A stretch of 64,000 nt of DNA from Nitrospirota bacterium (GCA_963788195.1 CAWBGA010000004.1:64001-128000); one strand, 5' to 3'; counted from the stretch's first letter, positions 1 through 10,943 are shown. The notes: generated by a model from the letters alone, not told the origin. Program-made: numbers and translations.

Positions 1-1
1 T

Positions 2-862
2 GTCGTAGATAATGGATGCGTTGACGGAACACGCGAGCACGTCGAAGGACTGGCAAAGAATAGTAAAACATTTATCTCCGTGATTGACGAACCGCGGCTG
101 GGTCTACACCATGCGCGTCATGCGGGAGTGAGGGCGGCAAGAGGAGAGATTCTTATTTTCACCGATGATGACGCGACCTTTGCGCCTGATTGGATTGGCG
201 CGTATGCGGAGGCGTTTGCACGAAACCCTGAGATGCTCGCCGCGGGGGGGCCGGTACGACCGGTGTGGGAAGCACCGCCGCCACAATGGTTGCTGGATTA
301 CATGGGCGACGCTAAGATCTTTGGCATTCTGAGCCTAATGGAGCCATATCAGGAATTTCGGTTGGACCGAAAAGGGTTTTTCTTCGGCGTGAACATGGTG
401 ATCCGACGGTCGGTTTTCGACTGGACGGGCTTTCACCCGGAACTATTCGGCAGTCGGACGCTTGGTGATGGTGAGACGGGGTTGAACCGCGATATCCTGC
501 GAAATGGCGGTCTGATAGGCTATGTTCCAGATGCGCTCGTTTATCATCATATCCCTCCTAGCCGAATGACCATCAATCATATTCGAAGATGGGCCTGGCA
601 TTTCGGTGGAGCGCAGATGTATGAGCGGTGGTGGTGCAAGAAGAGATCCCATGCGGCTTTGGCCAGAGAAGGAATCACCATTGCCAGACAATATTGGCGA
701 CAATGGATCGCGGCTCGTCTTGTCCGCGGTCGCCGTGATCCATCGGCTATTGAGAAGCAGTTTCAGGCGAGTCTCGGATGGTGCAAACTGAACTATATCT
801 GGTGGATGCTCACGGATTCACAAGTTCAGACGCTGCTGGATGAAAGCGATCTGCGGCTATGA
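2..862 (+). CDS. GT2 family glycosyltransferase (5' truncated by window edge)
   Basis: Frame is open from base 2 (VVDNG...). Carries GLHHARHAG, ILIFTDDD (DxD) and GVNMVIRR GT-A motifs. Confidence 0.9.
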   Translation, partial: VVDNGCVDGTREHVEGLAKNSKTFISVIDEPRLGLHHARHAGVRAARGEILIFTDDDATFAPDWIGAYAEAFARNPEMLAAGGPVRPVWEAPPPQWLLDYMGDAKIFGILSLMEPYQEFRLDRKGFFFGVNMVIRRSVFDWTGFHPELFGSRTLGDGETGLNRDILRNGGLIGYVPDALVYHHIPPSRMTINHIRRWAWHFGGAQMYERWWCKKRSHAALAREGITIARQYWRQWIAARLVRGRRDPSAIEKQFQASLGWCKLNYIWWMLTDSQVQTLLDESDLRL

Positions 863-1773
863 AACAACTGGTCCGTGCCGTCTTTCAGCGTGTCGGGCTT
901 GAACTCAAGCGGATCCCGGCGCCAGTTCAAGATCCGAAAATGGCATATCTGCGCGGAGGACGAATTCCGTGGAGTCTGGGATACAACGAAGCCAAGGAGC
1001 GATTTATTGCGCAAGTCTTAGCGGACCCGCAAGTGCTTCAACTTTTTGTGACTGAGCGCCAATTGCCAAGGGAATATGGCATCGGCCTCGATGAACGCTG
1101 TGTCGAATATCCTTGGCTGATGGCCTACCTCCAATCGGACCCCGAGATCGTCTTAGACGCCGGGTCTGCCCTCAACCATGCCTATATGCTTGAGCATCCG
1201 GTCTTTGAGAAGAAGAAACTGCATATTTTGACGTTGGCGCCGGAAGTAAGCTGCTTTTGGAAAAAAGGGATCTCCTATCTGTTTGAGGACTTACGTCGTA
1301 TACCCGTCAAAGACGCCTATTATGACACCATTGTGTGTCTCTCCACACTCGAACATGTGGGCTTCGATAACACGACATATACACATGATGAGGCACATCG
1401 CGAGCAGCGCCCCACTGACTTCATTGCGGCTATGCAAGAATTATCCCGTGTCCTCAAACCAGGAGGGCGGTTGTTTCTCACGGTGCCGTTTGGTTCTTAC
1501 CGCAACTTCGGCAGCTTCCAGCAATTTGACCGACAACTGCTTTCGCAGGCGATCGCAGCTTTTGGCGAGGCAAGTACCGTCAGAGAGAGTTTCTATCGCT
1601 ATACGGTTCAAGGGTGGATGGTAGCGGCGGCGGCGGAATGTGTGGAATGCGAATATGTCGAGTGGGTCGCTAAGGTATGGTCAGGCGCCCCATGGCCGAC
1701 GCCACTGCCCTGCGATCCGGACTTTGCGGCCGCAGCGCGAGCGGTTGCCTGTGTTGAGCTGACAAAGCCGTAG
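859..1773 (+). CDS. Class I SAM-dependent methyltransferase (glycan-locus type)
   Basis: VLDAGS motif I, YDTIVCLSTLEHVG, RVLKPGGRLFLTVP; ATGA overlap with the upstream gene. Confidence 0.8.
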   Translation: MKQLVRAVFQRVGLELKRIPAPVQDPKMAYLRGGRIPWSLGYNEAKERFIAQVLADPQVLQLFVTERQLPREYGIGLDERCVEYPWLMAYLQSDPEIVLDAGSALNHAYMLEHPVFEKKKLHILTLAPEVSCFWKKGISYLFEDLRRIPVKDAYYDTIVCLSTLEHVGFDNTTYTHDEAHREQRPTDFIAAMQELSRVLKPGGRLFLTVPFGSYRNFGSFQQFDRQLLSQAIAAFGEASTVRESFYRYTVQGWMVAAAAECVECEYVEWVAKVWSGAPWPTPLPCDPDFAAAARAVACVELTKP

Positions 1774-1881
1774 TAACCCTGCTTGAGGAGTCCATGGATC
1801 GCCTGGTTAATTAAAAGCGAATCGGTGACGGTGCCAAATAATAACGCAAGTGGAATAAACGAACCGACTGCGGATTCCCGT

Positions 1882-2283
1882 ATGGAAGTACGGGAGCAGA
1901 TTCTCTGGAACAATCAGCCCCTTGCCTATATTTTCCGGAAAGAAATCAATCCGGAGAAGACAACTTTCCTGACTCCGCGCGAACTGAATCTGCAATTAGG
2001 CCTGGTGGTATATCCGGCAGGGGGCAGCGTGACGCCTCATGTGCACCTTCCTGTGGAGCGCACGATCGTTGGGACCTCCGAAGTCCTTGTCGTAAAGAAG
2101 GGCCGTTGTGAGATCGACATCTATAATGACGAACGGCAGTTGGTGTTGACCCGGGAACTGCGTGAGGGGGATGTTGTGCTGACTGTTGGCGGAGGACATG
2201 GCTTTCGAATGCTCGAAGACACGGTATTGATGGAAGTGAAGCAGGGGCCGTACCTGGAGTCGGGCGATAAGGTGCGATTTTGA
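1882..2283 (+). CDS. Cupin-fold (WbuC-like) protein
   Basis: PHVH...SEVL...GGGHGF metal-binding cupin motifs. The in-frame ATG at 1882 is preferred over the TTG at 1783. Confidence 0.75.
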   Translation: MEVREQILWNNQPLAYIFRKEINPEKTTFLTPRELNLQLGLVVYPAGGSVTPHVHLPVERTIVGTSEVLVVKKGRCEIDIYNDERQLVLTRELREGDVVLTVGGGHGFRMLEDTVLMEVKQGPYLESGDKVRF

Positions 2284-2296
2284 AGGGAACTACGGA

Positions 2297-3472
2297 ATGA
2301 TGGAAATTCCTGTCAACGAGCCGGATTTATCGGGAAACGAACAGAAGTATGTGTTGGATGCGGTCAAGTCTGGGTGGGTTGCGCAAGGCAAATACGTCGG
2401 CGAGTTTGAACGCGGCTTTGCAAAGTTTATCGGGACTAAGCATGCCATTACAACCACCAGCGGAACCGCCGCTCTGCAACTGGCGACCACGTGTCTGGAC
2501 CTGCGACCAGGCGACGAGGTTATCGTCCCCTCTCTGACAATTGCTTCGACTGTCTTCTCCGTGTGCTATGTCGGCGCGACCCCCGTATTGGTTGATTGCG
2601 ACCCCACCACCTATACGCTCGATCCGAATGAGGTCGAACGCAAGATCACCCCGAAAACCCGGGCTATTCTGCCGGTCCATCTGTACGGCCATCCGGCGGA
2701 CATGCAGCCGATACTGGATCTCGCGCGCCGCCATAGTTTGTTCGTGATCGAAGATGCGGCCGAAGCTCATGGAGCCCAATACCGCGGGCGATCGGCGGGA
2801 AGCATGGGAATCGTGAACTGCTTCAGCTTTTATTCGAACAAGATTATCACCACAGGCGAAGGCGGAATGGTCACCACGGATGATGACCGTTTGGCGAAGC
2901 GCGTGACGCGGCTAAAAGATCTCGCGCATTCTGAAGAGCGCCGGTTTCTCCATACCGAGATTGCGTATGTTCTGCGGATGACGAACATGCAGGCGGCGCT
3001 AGGCGTGGCTCAGTTGGAGCGTGTGGAGCAGTTCATCGCCAGAAAACGGTGGATGGCGGCGGAGTATCAACAAGCTCTGGCCGGGATTGAAGGGCTTCAC
3101 GTTCCGGTGGAAATGCCCTGGGCGAAGAGCGTGTACTGGATGTACGCGATCCGTATCACACCGGACTTCGGCTGTAGCCGCGATGAGCTGATGCGGCGGC
3201 TTCAAGCCCGAGGCGTCGCGACGCGCACATTCTTTATTCCAATGCATCAACAACCTGTGTTCTTAAACATGGGTCTGTTCCGTGACGATCACTATCCGGT
3301 CGCCGAACGCCTGAGCAATGAGGGCCTCTACTTGCCCTCGGGTCTCACTATTACAAAAGATCAAATTGATCGGGTTGCCGGCAGTATTCGGGAAATCCAG
3401 CGGGAGGTCAGGACCGGGTCGATCAGCGAACAACCTAGCGCCGGTGCAATGCGCCAAGGCGTGCCGTTATGA
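2297..3472 (+). CDS. DegT/DnrJ/EryC1/StrS sugar aminotransferase, perosamine-synthase-like
   Basis: SGTAAL, PVHLYG, IEDAAEAHG, FSFYSNKIITTGEGGM (PLP lysine); two genes upstream of gmd. Confidence 0.9.
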   Translation: MMEIPVNEPDLSGNEQKYVLDAVKSGWVAQGKYVGEFERGFAKFIGTKHAITTTSGTAALQLATTCLDLRPGDEVIVPSLTIASTVFSVCYVGATPVLVDCDPTTYTLDPNEVERKITPKTRAILPVHLYGHPADMQPILDLARRHSLFVIEDAAEAHGAQYRGRSAGSMGIVNCFSFYSNKIITTGEGGMVTTDDDRLAKRVTRLKDLAHSEERRFLHTEIAYVLRMTNMQAALGVAQLERVEQFIARKRWMAAEYQQALAGIEGLHVPVEMPWAKSVYWMYAIRITPDFGCSRDELMRRLQARGVATRTFFIPMHQQPVFLNMGLFRDDHYPVAERLSNEGLYLPSGLTITKDQIDRVAGSIREIQREVRTGSISEQPSAGAMRQGVPL

Positions 3473-4263
3473 ACACAGTATTTGAGGATTACGCCAAGTA
3501 TTACGACATTTATTATGCTGGAAAAGACTACGACCGGGAGTGCGACTTTATTGAAGCAGGATTCGCACGATTTGGACAGAAGCCGCGGACGGTGCTGGAT
3601 TTGGCTTGCGGGACTGGAAATCACGGCCTCCGGCTGGCCGAGCGAGGCTATGAGGTCTGCGGTGTGGATTTTTCTGAATCGATGCTCTCGCGATACCGGA
3701 CCAAGGCTGAAGCTCAAGGGCTAAGCGTCGAGCTGCACCAGCAGGATTTACGCACATTGGATCTTGGGCGGAAGTTCGATGCGGTAATCTGCATGTTTGA
3801 TGCGATCGACTACTTGCCGGACAACAACGAGCTGGCCGCGGCTTTGCAGCGGATCTGTGCGCATCTCCGCCCGGACGGCGTGTTCCTGTTTGACTTTTGG
3901 CATGGCGTGCCGATTCTGCGAGGTCACGATCCGGTACGAGTCCGCGAGTTTCCACTTGACGGCGGCCGTCTGCTCCGAATCTCCACGACCGTGCTGGATA
4001 TCCCCGGGCAAATCGCAAAAGTGCAGTTTCGGATTCTGGCATTTGAAGGCGATCGCGTTCTGTCGGACTTCACCGAGGTTCATACAATGCGGTATTTTTT
4101 GTCGCAGGAAATGAGGTTTATCCTCGGGGCGACGGGCTGGAAAGTCTGTCATCTCTGCCCGGCCTTCGACCTTGATGGAATCGTGGACGGCGACTCTTGG
4201 CATCTGGTCGGGATCGCGACTCCCATGGGCATGAACGGCGCTTTGCCTGTGTATCGAGGCTGA
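3469..4263 (+). CDS. SAM methyltransferase resembling TylM1/DesVI amino-sugar N-methyltransferases
   Basis: YYDIYY..KDY..E N-terminus, [16 protein letters not shown]; translationally coupled to the aminotransferase. Confidence 0.75.
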   Translation: MNTVFEDYAKYYDIYYAGKDYDRECDFIEAGFARFGQKPRTVLDLACGTGNHGLRLAERGYEVCGVDFSESMLSRYRTKAEAQGLSVELHQQDLRTLDLGRKFDAVICMFDAIDYLPDNNELAAALQRICAHLRPDGVFLFDFWHGVPILRGHDPVRVREFPLDGGRLLRISTTVLDIPGQIAKVQFRILAFEGDRVLSDFTEVHTMRYFLSQEMRFILGATGWKVCHLCPAFDLDGIVDGDSWHLVGIATPMGMNGALPVYRG

Positions 4264-4264
4264 G

Positions 4265-5278
4265 ATGGACACGACGCGGAAAAAAGCCCTCATTACAGGG
4301 ATTACTGGGCAGGACGGTTCCTACTTGGCCGAATTTCTGTTGGCAAGAGGCTATGAGGTGCATGGTGTGATTCGTCGCGCGTCCACCTTTAACACGGGCC
4401 GCATCGACCACCTCTATCAAGACCCGCATATCAATGGGGTGCGTCTATTTCTACATTTCGGCGACGTCGCTGATTCGACGAGCCTCATCAAGCTGCTGTA
4501 TCGAATACAGCCGCAGGAGATCTATCACTTAGGCGCGCAAAGCCATGTCCGGGTGAGTTTTGACATTCCGGAATACACAGGTGACGTGACCGGGTTAGGC
4601 ACGATCCGGATTCTGGAGGCGATTCGGGAGACCGGCGTGCAAGCCAAGTTTTATCAGGCCAGCAGCTCGGAGATGTTCGGCAAGGTCCAGGAAGTCCCGC
4701 AACGGGAAACAACCCCCTTTTACCCGCGGAGTCCCTATGGAGCGGCTAAAGCGTATGCCTACTGGGTGACGGTCAACTACCGCGAGAGCTACGGGATGTT
4801 CGCTTGCAACGGCATCCTTTTTAATCACGAGAGCCCCCGGCGCGGAGAGACTTTTGTGACCCGCAAAATCAGCCGGGCGGTAGCACATATCAAAGCGGGC
4901 TTACAGCAAAAGTTGTTTCTGGGTAACCTCGACGCCAAGCGTGATTGGGGCTACGCGAAAGAATATGTAGAAAGCATGTGGCTCATGCTTCAACACAATA
5001 CCCCGGACGACTATGTGATCGCGACAGGCGAAACGTATTCGGTGCGCGAGTTTTTAGACGAAGCCTTCTCGTATGTCGGCCTTGATTGGCGTGACTATGT
5101 GGAAATTGATCCGTGGTACTATCGGCCAGCCGAGGTGGAGCTGCTCGTTGGTGATGCCAGCAAGGCCAAAAGGGTGTTAAATTGGTCACCGAAAATGCCT
5201 TTCAAGGAACTGGTGAGGCTGATGGTGGACGCTGACATGGCGAAGCTCACGGACAATGCTACCGCGTCGAAGCTTTAG
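4265..5278 (+). CDS. gmd: GDP-mannose 4,6-dehydratase
   Basis: [54 protein letters not shown]. Confidence 0.97.
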   Translation: MDTTRKKALITGITGQDGSYLAEFLLARGYEVHGVIRRASTFNTGRIDHLYQDPHINGVRLFLHFGDVADSTSLIKLLYRIQPQEIYHLGAQSHVRVSFDIPEYTGDVTGLGTIRILEAIRETGVQAKFYQASSSEMFGKVQEVPQRETTPFYPRSPYGAAKAYAYWVTVNYRESYGMFACNGILFNHESPRRGETFVTRKISRAVAHIKAGLQQKLFLGNLDAKRDWGYAKEYVESMWLMLQHNTPDDYVIATGETYSVREFLDEAFSYVGLDWRDYVEIDPWYYRPAEVELLVGDASKAKRVLNWSPKMPFKELVRLMVDADMAKLTDNATASKL

Positions 5279-5305
5279 AAGAGCCGTGGGCAATACTTAG
5301 AACTG

Positions 5306-6259
5306 GTGGGTGATCCAATGAATCTCGACGTTATTCGGGAGAGAAAGAGCGACATAGTTAGGCGCTTTGGAGCATGGACAGCGCATAACATTCACCTCGT
5401 CGATGACATCTATACAATGGAACAGCGCGTTGTGGGTGATGAGCGTCAATTGAGACGAGTCATCCAGGTCATCGCGGATATGAGCACTAAGCCGCTGCAT
5501 GCGCTTCACGTGCTAGATCTCGGATGTTTGGAGGCGCTGTATGCCGTCGAACTGGCCCGTCGTGGAGCACAGGTGCTGGGTATAGAAGGCCGAGAGGCCA
5601 ACCTTGCGAAAGGCGTGTTTGTAAAAGCGGTCCTCTCGCTCAAGAATCTGACACTGGTGAAGGACGACGTGCGGAACCTGAGCCGTGAGAAGCACGGCTC
5701 ATTCGACGTCGTGTTGTGCTCGGGCATTCTGTACCACCTGGATGTTCCCGATGTGTTCACCTTTATGGAAAAAATAGCGGAGGTATGCGAAAGGCTTGCG
5801 ATCATTGATACCCATGTCTGCAGCGAAGTTTCTGAGACAGTGACATATGCATTAAGGACTTATTCAGGCAAGCGATGCCGAGAGCACCAAGCTGAGGAGT
5901 CTCTCGCCGACCGGCTCGCGAAGCCATGGGCCTCGCTCGATAATCAAGAGAGCTTCACCTTGACACGCCCGTCGCTGTACAACTTACTCGCCCATGTCGG
6001 GTTTACCTCCGTGTATGAATGCCATTATCCGCGGGAGATGTCCAAGTACGAGCTTGAGCGAGTCATGCTTGTGGCGATCAAAGGTCAACGCGAAGGTCTA
6101 GTATCAGCGCCTCTGTTGAACAGCTTGCCTGATGAGGATTGGCCGGAAAGACCGGCACGTGAGCAGACGTCTGGCATGGACGGCATCGTGCCCCGATGGG
6201 GGATGTTACTGCCGAAGTCAGTAAAGGTAGTTCTCAAGAGGTTGTTGTCACGACAATAG
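5306..6259 (+). CDS. Class I SAM-dependent methyltransferase
   Basis: VLDLGCLE, VLGIEGR, FDVVLCSGILYHL. Confidence 0.8.
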   Translation: MGDPMNLDVIRERKSDIVRRFGAWTAHNIHLVDDIYTMEQRVVGDERQLRRVIQVIADMSTKPLHALHVLDLGCLEALYAVELARRGAQVLGIEGREANLAKGVFVKAVLSLKNLTLVKDDVRNLSREKHGSFDVVLCSGILYHLDVPDVFTFMEKIAEVCERLAIIDTHVCSEVSETVTYALRTYSGKRCREHQAEESLADRLAKPWASLDNQESFTLTRPSLYNLLAHVGFTSVYECHYPREMSKYELERVMLVAIKGQREGLVSAPLLNSLPDEDWPERPAREQTSGMDGIVPRWGMLLPKSVKVVLKRLLSRQ

Positions 6260-6309
6260 TCAGCTTTTCGGAATAGCCTGACCAGCCCATAACGAACCGC
6301 CGCGAGTAT

Positions 6310-8463
6310 GTGGATGAGGAGAAAAAGCATCCAGTGAAGGTACTGATGATCACCGTGTTTCCGCCGATGAAGGCTCCGGAGGCGGATCACGCGCTACATC
6401 TCTGTGAACACTTAGCTGATTATGGGGTGGAGATGCATGTGATTGCGCAGAAGGGGTGTGTCATCCCGTCGCATCCTCGCATCACCGTCTATCCCATCAT
6501 GCGGAAATGGTCGTGGTCAGAGTTGCCCAATTTGGTTTGGTTCACCAAGCGCTGTGCTCCTGATGCGGTCATTCTTATCTACATCGGTTGGATTTACCTT
6601 GAGCACCCAATGCTCACCTTCGCGCCGACCATTTTGAAGACCTTTCAACGTGGTGTGCCCTTCGTTACATTATTTGAGGATGCATACGGCTCTTGTGCGG
6701 CAAGGACTTCTCTCCTCTCACGGGCGATTCGGAAGGCGATGGCGCGCTGGTTTGGCCCACGCGACGTGGATTATGAGTTCGGCACCTTGTTGCGAGACAG
6801 CAACCGGCTCATCGTGGTCAGCGATCGTACCCGGACTGCACTGGCGGAACATTTCTACGAAGTAAACAGTAAAAGTATAACGATTCCCTGTCCGCCAATT
6901 ATACGTATCATCTCGGGGGATGATGGAAAAGCTCGACGACTGAAGCGGGCTGCTCTGGGTCTGAAGGACGACGAGTTTTGCATTGCTTATTTTGGTCATA
7001 TTTATGGAGGAAAGGGTGTGGAGACGCTGTTAAAGGCGTTTCAACTGTTGAATGCTCAACGAAGGCCGGTGAGGCTGATTTTGATCGGTGGGCATCTCGG
7101 TCGTCCCCTCTATTTTCAACAGATCCAGGCCATGAGCAAAAAACTCTGTATTGAAGACAAGGTGATGTGGACTGGAGAGTTTGACTGGGATACTGAAGAA
7201 GCGTCGCGGTGTCTTCGTGCCGCTGATATTGCCGTTCTGCCGTTTGATAACGGCGTATGTATTCACAACAGTTCCTTTGCAGTTGCTGCGGCGCATGACC
7301 TGCCGATTATCACCACGCAGGGACCTGGTCTAGAACCTATGTTTGTGCATATGTCAAATGTCTTCCTGTGCTCACCTAAAGACCCTGAGGCCTTGGCCCA
7401 AGCGGTGGAAACCTTAATAGCGAGGCCAGAGTTGCGCGCGCGGCTAAGCGTAGGAGCCCGTGAGTTCACCCGAAACTGGTATTCATGGGACAATGCCATC
7501 GAACGCACAGTTGAAGTGCTGAAAGGTGACCCGCAACCCTCACTAGTCTCGGTCGTGATTCCCTGCTACAACTATGCTCAGTTTTTGCGGGACGCAGTCG
7601 AAAGTGTATTAGTGCAGACCTGGCCGCGTTTTGAAGTTATTGTGGTGGATGACGGCTCCACCGACAATACGGCATCAGTGGCTTCGCAATATCCGTCCGT
7701 TCGATACATACGCCAATCGAACCAGGGGCTGTCCGCGGCCCGCAATACCGGTCTCCGCCATAGCACAGGCGAGTTCGTGGTGTTTCTTGATGCAGATGAT
7801 CGTCTCCGACCCACTGCCTTGGAAGTAGGCTTACGATTTATGAAGATGCATCCGGAATGCGCGTTCGTCGCGGGGCGATGTCAGCATATAACAGCCGACG
7901 GATCACGATCTGACTCCTTTAGTCCAGTATTTAGCGGTTTAAAAGACTACTATCCTGCGTTACTGCGAACGAACTTCATTTTGAATCCAGCTTCCGTTCT
8001 GTATAGACGTACAGTGTTTGAGTCGTTGGGCCCTTTCGAGTCATCTGTGAATGCTGCGGCAGATTATGATCTCTATCTTCGCATTGCGCGGCAACATCGC
8101 ATTTTTTGCCATGAAGAAGTGATTGTGGAGTACCGCCGGCACTCTACGAACATGTCGTCCGACGTCGCCCTAATGTTTAAAACGCTTCTTACCGTGCTTT
8201 ATTCTCAGCGATGCTATGCCATGGAAAACCCCGAATATTACGAGGTTTATAGGGATAGAATTCAAAGCTTTCGAAGTGAGGTCGGTGGCTTATTAACCGA
8301 GCAGGTACTGAACGACATTAAGAGAGGAAGGCTCTCGAGACGCCTTTTGTACGAGCTGCTGGTCCTCTTGCGATGGTATCCGGCAGGGTTCGCCATAGGT
8401 GGAATTCGGATTTTCCGGAAAATCCGGAAAGAGATATACAAAAAGGTTCCGACGAATCGCTAA
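6310..8463 (+). CDS. Bifunctional GT4 (N-terminal) - GT2 (C-terminal) glycosyltransferase
   Basis: N-terminal GT-B (YFGHIYGGKG, ADIAVLPF) followed by VSVVIPCYN, VVDDGSTD, NQGLSAARN, FLDADD. Confidence 0.88.
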   Translation: MDEEKKHPVKVLMITVFPPMKAPEADHALHLCEHLADYGVEMHVIAQKGCVIPSHPRITVYPIMRKWSWSELPNLVWFTKRCAPDAVILIYIGWIYLEHPMLTFAPTILKTFQRGVPFVTLFEDAYGSCAARTSLLSRAIRKAMARWFGPRDVDYEFGTLLRDSNRLIVVSDRTRTALAEHFYEVNSKSITIPCPPIIRIISGDDGKARRLKRAALGLKDDEFCIAYFGHIYGGKGVETLLKAFQLLNAQRRPVRLILIGGHLGRPLYFQQIQAMSKKLCIEDKVMWTGEFDWDTEEASRCLRAADIAVLPFDNGVCIHNSSFAVAAAHDLPIITTQGPGLEPMFVHMSNVFLCSPKDPEALAQAVETLIARPELRARLSVGAREFTRNWYSWDNAIERTVEVLKGDPQPSLVSVVIPCYNYAQFLRDAVESVLVQTWPRFEVIVVDDGSTDNTASVASQYPSVRYIRQSNQGLSAARNTGLRHSTGEFVVFLDADDRLRPTALEVGLRFMKMHPECAFVAGRCQHITADGSRSDSFSPVFSGLKDYYPALLRTNFILNPASVLYRRTVFESLGPFESSVNAAADYDLYLRIARQHRIFCHEEVIVEYRRHSTNMSSDVALMFKTLLTVLYSQRCYAMENPEYYEVYRDRIQSFRSEVGGLLTEQVLNDIKRGRLSRRLLYELLVLLRWYPAGFAIGGIRIFRKIRKEIYKKVPTNR

Positions 8464-9377
8464 CGTGGGTTGCCGGTTTTGTTAGACACAGCAGGTTTCT
8501 GGGCGAGCTCGTAAATCCCACGTCGAAACATCTTCGCGAGCAGATCCGAGCCTCGTAACATACGAAATACGATACCTGAGGGCAGCAGTGAGACGAGCGC
8601 CGAAAGAACCTTCCGTTGCCATTTGCTCTTCAGCTTCTCCGGGCAGGCAGTCAGCTCCAGCAGGTGCCGGTCGCGAGCGGAGACGAACCCAGCTTCCCTT
8701 AGTTGGCGGCGCACAGATGGCAGAGTCGTGTAGACGATTGATGTGAGCAGGAAGTCAGGAGACCGTCCCCGCAATCTCAAATAAAGGGCACCAAGTGTTT
8801 TGGGTAATAGGGGGAGCCAGACTACATCATAATGGGGCTCCCAAAACGCCAAATAGTTCTCACAACTGAGATAAAAGTACCCGCGGGGGCGCAGCACCCG
8901 GAACACCTCCCGAATCACCTGAGCGGGGTGCTGAACGTGCTCGAGGACCTGCAGGCTCACGACGAGATCTATAGAATTGTTTGCGAACGGTAAAAATTCT
9001 CCGACTCCCGATACGGTTGCGCCTCCGCCTACGCTTGCAAGCCGCTCAGCGACTATCGCACGCCAACTGCGGCCAGGTTCCAACGCCACTACTTGCGCGC
9101 CGTGCAATGCCAGTTCACTCGACACCGCGCCCAAGCCTGCTCCTAGATCGAGGACGCGGCGGCCTTTAATAGAAATTTTTGTCTCAGCGAGATAGTTGAC
9201 CATGCTGCGACCGATTCCGCGATTCAGTTCGAGTTCGGTAAGCTGTTGGACAGCCGTTGGTGTACGGCCAAGAACCTCCCGAAGATAGTACCCCATGAAC
9301 ACAGCGATGCGTTCATCTAAGGCCTGACCTTCAGCGACTTGAGGCTGGCTGTCGTAGGCGTGCTGGTTTCGTCTCAT
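8460..9377 (-). CDS. Class I SAM-dependent methyltransferase, inverted relative to the cluster
   Basis: VLDLGAGLG, LPFANNSIDLVVSLQVLEHV, RVLRPRG; 4-bp convergent overlap with the upstream GT. Confidence 0.82.
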   Translation of the reverse strand: MRRNQHAYDSQPQVAEGQALDERIAVFMGYYLREVLGRTPTAVQQLTELELNRGIGRSMVNYLAETKISIKGRRVLDLGAGLGAVSSELALHGAQVVALEPGRSWRAIVAERLASVGGGATVSGVGEFLPFANNSIDLVVSLQVLEHVQHPAQVIREVFRVLRPRGYFYLSCENYLAFWEPHYDVVWLPLLPKTLGALYLRLRGRSPDFLLTSIVYTTLPSVRRQLREAGFVSARDRHLLELTACPEKLKSKWQRKVLSALVSLLPSGIVFRMLRGSDLLAKMFRRGIYELAQKPAVSNKTGNPR

Positions 9378-9590
9378 AGCATCCTCTGGCGCAAGTAATG
9401 CCTTGGCGCTCTTAATTGGGTTTTAGTTTTCAAAATTGGCGGGAGCTGGTGCAGGCTCTTGATTAGTCCAAGAATGCTGTTTTGTCAAGCCACGCTTATA
9501 TACAACACGGGCAAGACGCCAATGTCCCGACACCCTGGACACCTCGTTGATCGTAGAAGTCATACACCTTTGTCTGTTCATAAATAAGCC

Positions 9591-10943
9591 ATGAAAATTT
9601 TGATCGTAAGTAATATGTATCCGCCGCATTATCACAGCGGGAATGTCGTGCGGTGCGCTCAAGTGACCGAGGCATTACATCGCTCCGGTCATGACGTGCG
9701 TGTGCTCACAAGTACGTACGGATTGCCGTTGGACACATTCGGATGCCAGCAAGGTTACAGCGAAGTCAGGAATGGCGTTCCAGTCCTTCGCTTGCTCAAT
9801 CAATACGCATGGCAACCACAACCCGGTTACCGTCCATGGAATCTGTTTCAAGCCAGACGGGAACTTTCGGATGCCCGGCAGTTTCTTAAAATCGTGGCAA
9901 GGTTTCAGCCGGATATTGTTAATTGGTGGGGATTACTAGGGCTTAGCATGGCGCTTCTTCCACTGCCTCATATGGTCGGTATTCCCGACGCCCTCTGGAT
10001 TGAACATCCGTGGTTGATTGACCTCTGCGGTCCGACGGGAGAAAAGGCTTCGGCGTTCTGGGCAACTTTTTGGGATGGAAATTGGGGTCCGCAACCCTTG
10101 CGTCCGTTGTTTCGATGGGCGGGCCGAAAATGGGAGCGCCGTATTAACTGTGAAGGGATTCCCACTCGCACGATTTCCTATCGGACTCGTCATATATGTT
10201 TTGTCAGTAAGTATCTGCAGCAACTGCATCATGATGCCGGGTTTAAGTTCGAGTCAGAGGAGGTCATTTATGGTGGTGTTCCGGTGGATGACTTCTATGC
10301 GCCGCTGCGGCCCGCAGGCAATCATTCGCTCCCGCTAAGAATTCTGTGGGGAGGACAGGTGACCGAAGATCGAGGATTGCATACGGTCATCGAAGCAATA
10401 GGCCACATCTCGGCCGATATTAGGCCTCGTCTTACACTCACCGTCGCGGGCGATGGCGACCGGAATTACCTTTCCCGGGTGAACACCCGCGTCGCAGAGT
10501 TAGGACTCACAGAACAAGTATCCTTTCTCGGCTTGGTTCGGCACGAGGACATGCCTTCCGTGTATAAAGCGCACGATGTCTTGGTATTTGCGAGCACACG
10601 GCCCGAGGGATTGCCGCTGACGATGGTTGAGGCAATGCTTGCGGGATGTGCGGTTTTGACGACGGGCAGCGGCGGCGCAACGGAGGTCGCTGCTTTAGCA
10701 GATCTGCCGCTGTTTCCCGGAGAGGATTCGTGGACATTAAGCCATCTCCTCCGCGAACTGACAACGAACCGAGCTCTCGTGCGTCAAATTGCGTGCAAGG
10801 GGCAGGAAGCGGCCATAAGGGAATTTAGTTTTGCAGGCATGATGGAGCAGTTTGATCAGACTCTGCAGAGAATTGTGTCAGCGGATAAGCAAATGTTGAA
10901 GACAATCTTCTCAAGCGGCGGCAAAGAAGGTTGTCTTCGGTAG
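9591..10943 (+). CDS. GT4 family glycosyltransferase
   Basis: MKILIVSNMYPP N-terminus and EGLPLTMVEAM (E-x7-E). Confidence 0.88.
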   Translation: MKILIVSNMYPPHYHSGNVVRCAQVTEALHRSGHDVRVLTSTYGLPLDTFGCQQGYSEVRNGVPVLRLLNQYAWQPQPGYRPWNLFQARRELSDARQFLKIVARFQPDIVNWWGLLGLSMALLPLPHMVGIPDALWIEHPWLIDLCGPTGEKASAFWATFWDGNWGPQPLRPLFRWAGRKWERRINCEGIPTRTISYRTRHICFVSKYLQQLHHDAGFKFESEEVIYGGVPVDDFYAPLRPAGNHSLPLRILWGGQVTEDRGLHTVIEAIGHISADIRPRLTLTVAGDGDRNYLSRVNTRVAELGLTEQVSFLGLVRHEDMPSVYKAHDVLVFASTRPEGLPLTMVEAMLAGCAVLTTGSGGATEVAALADLPLFPGEDSWTLSHLLRELTTNRALVRQIACKGQEAAIREFSFAGMMEQFDQTLQRIVSADKQMLKTIFSSGGKEGCLR

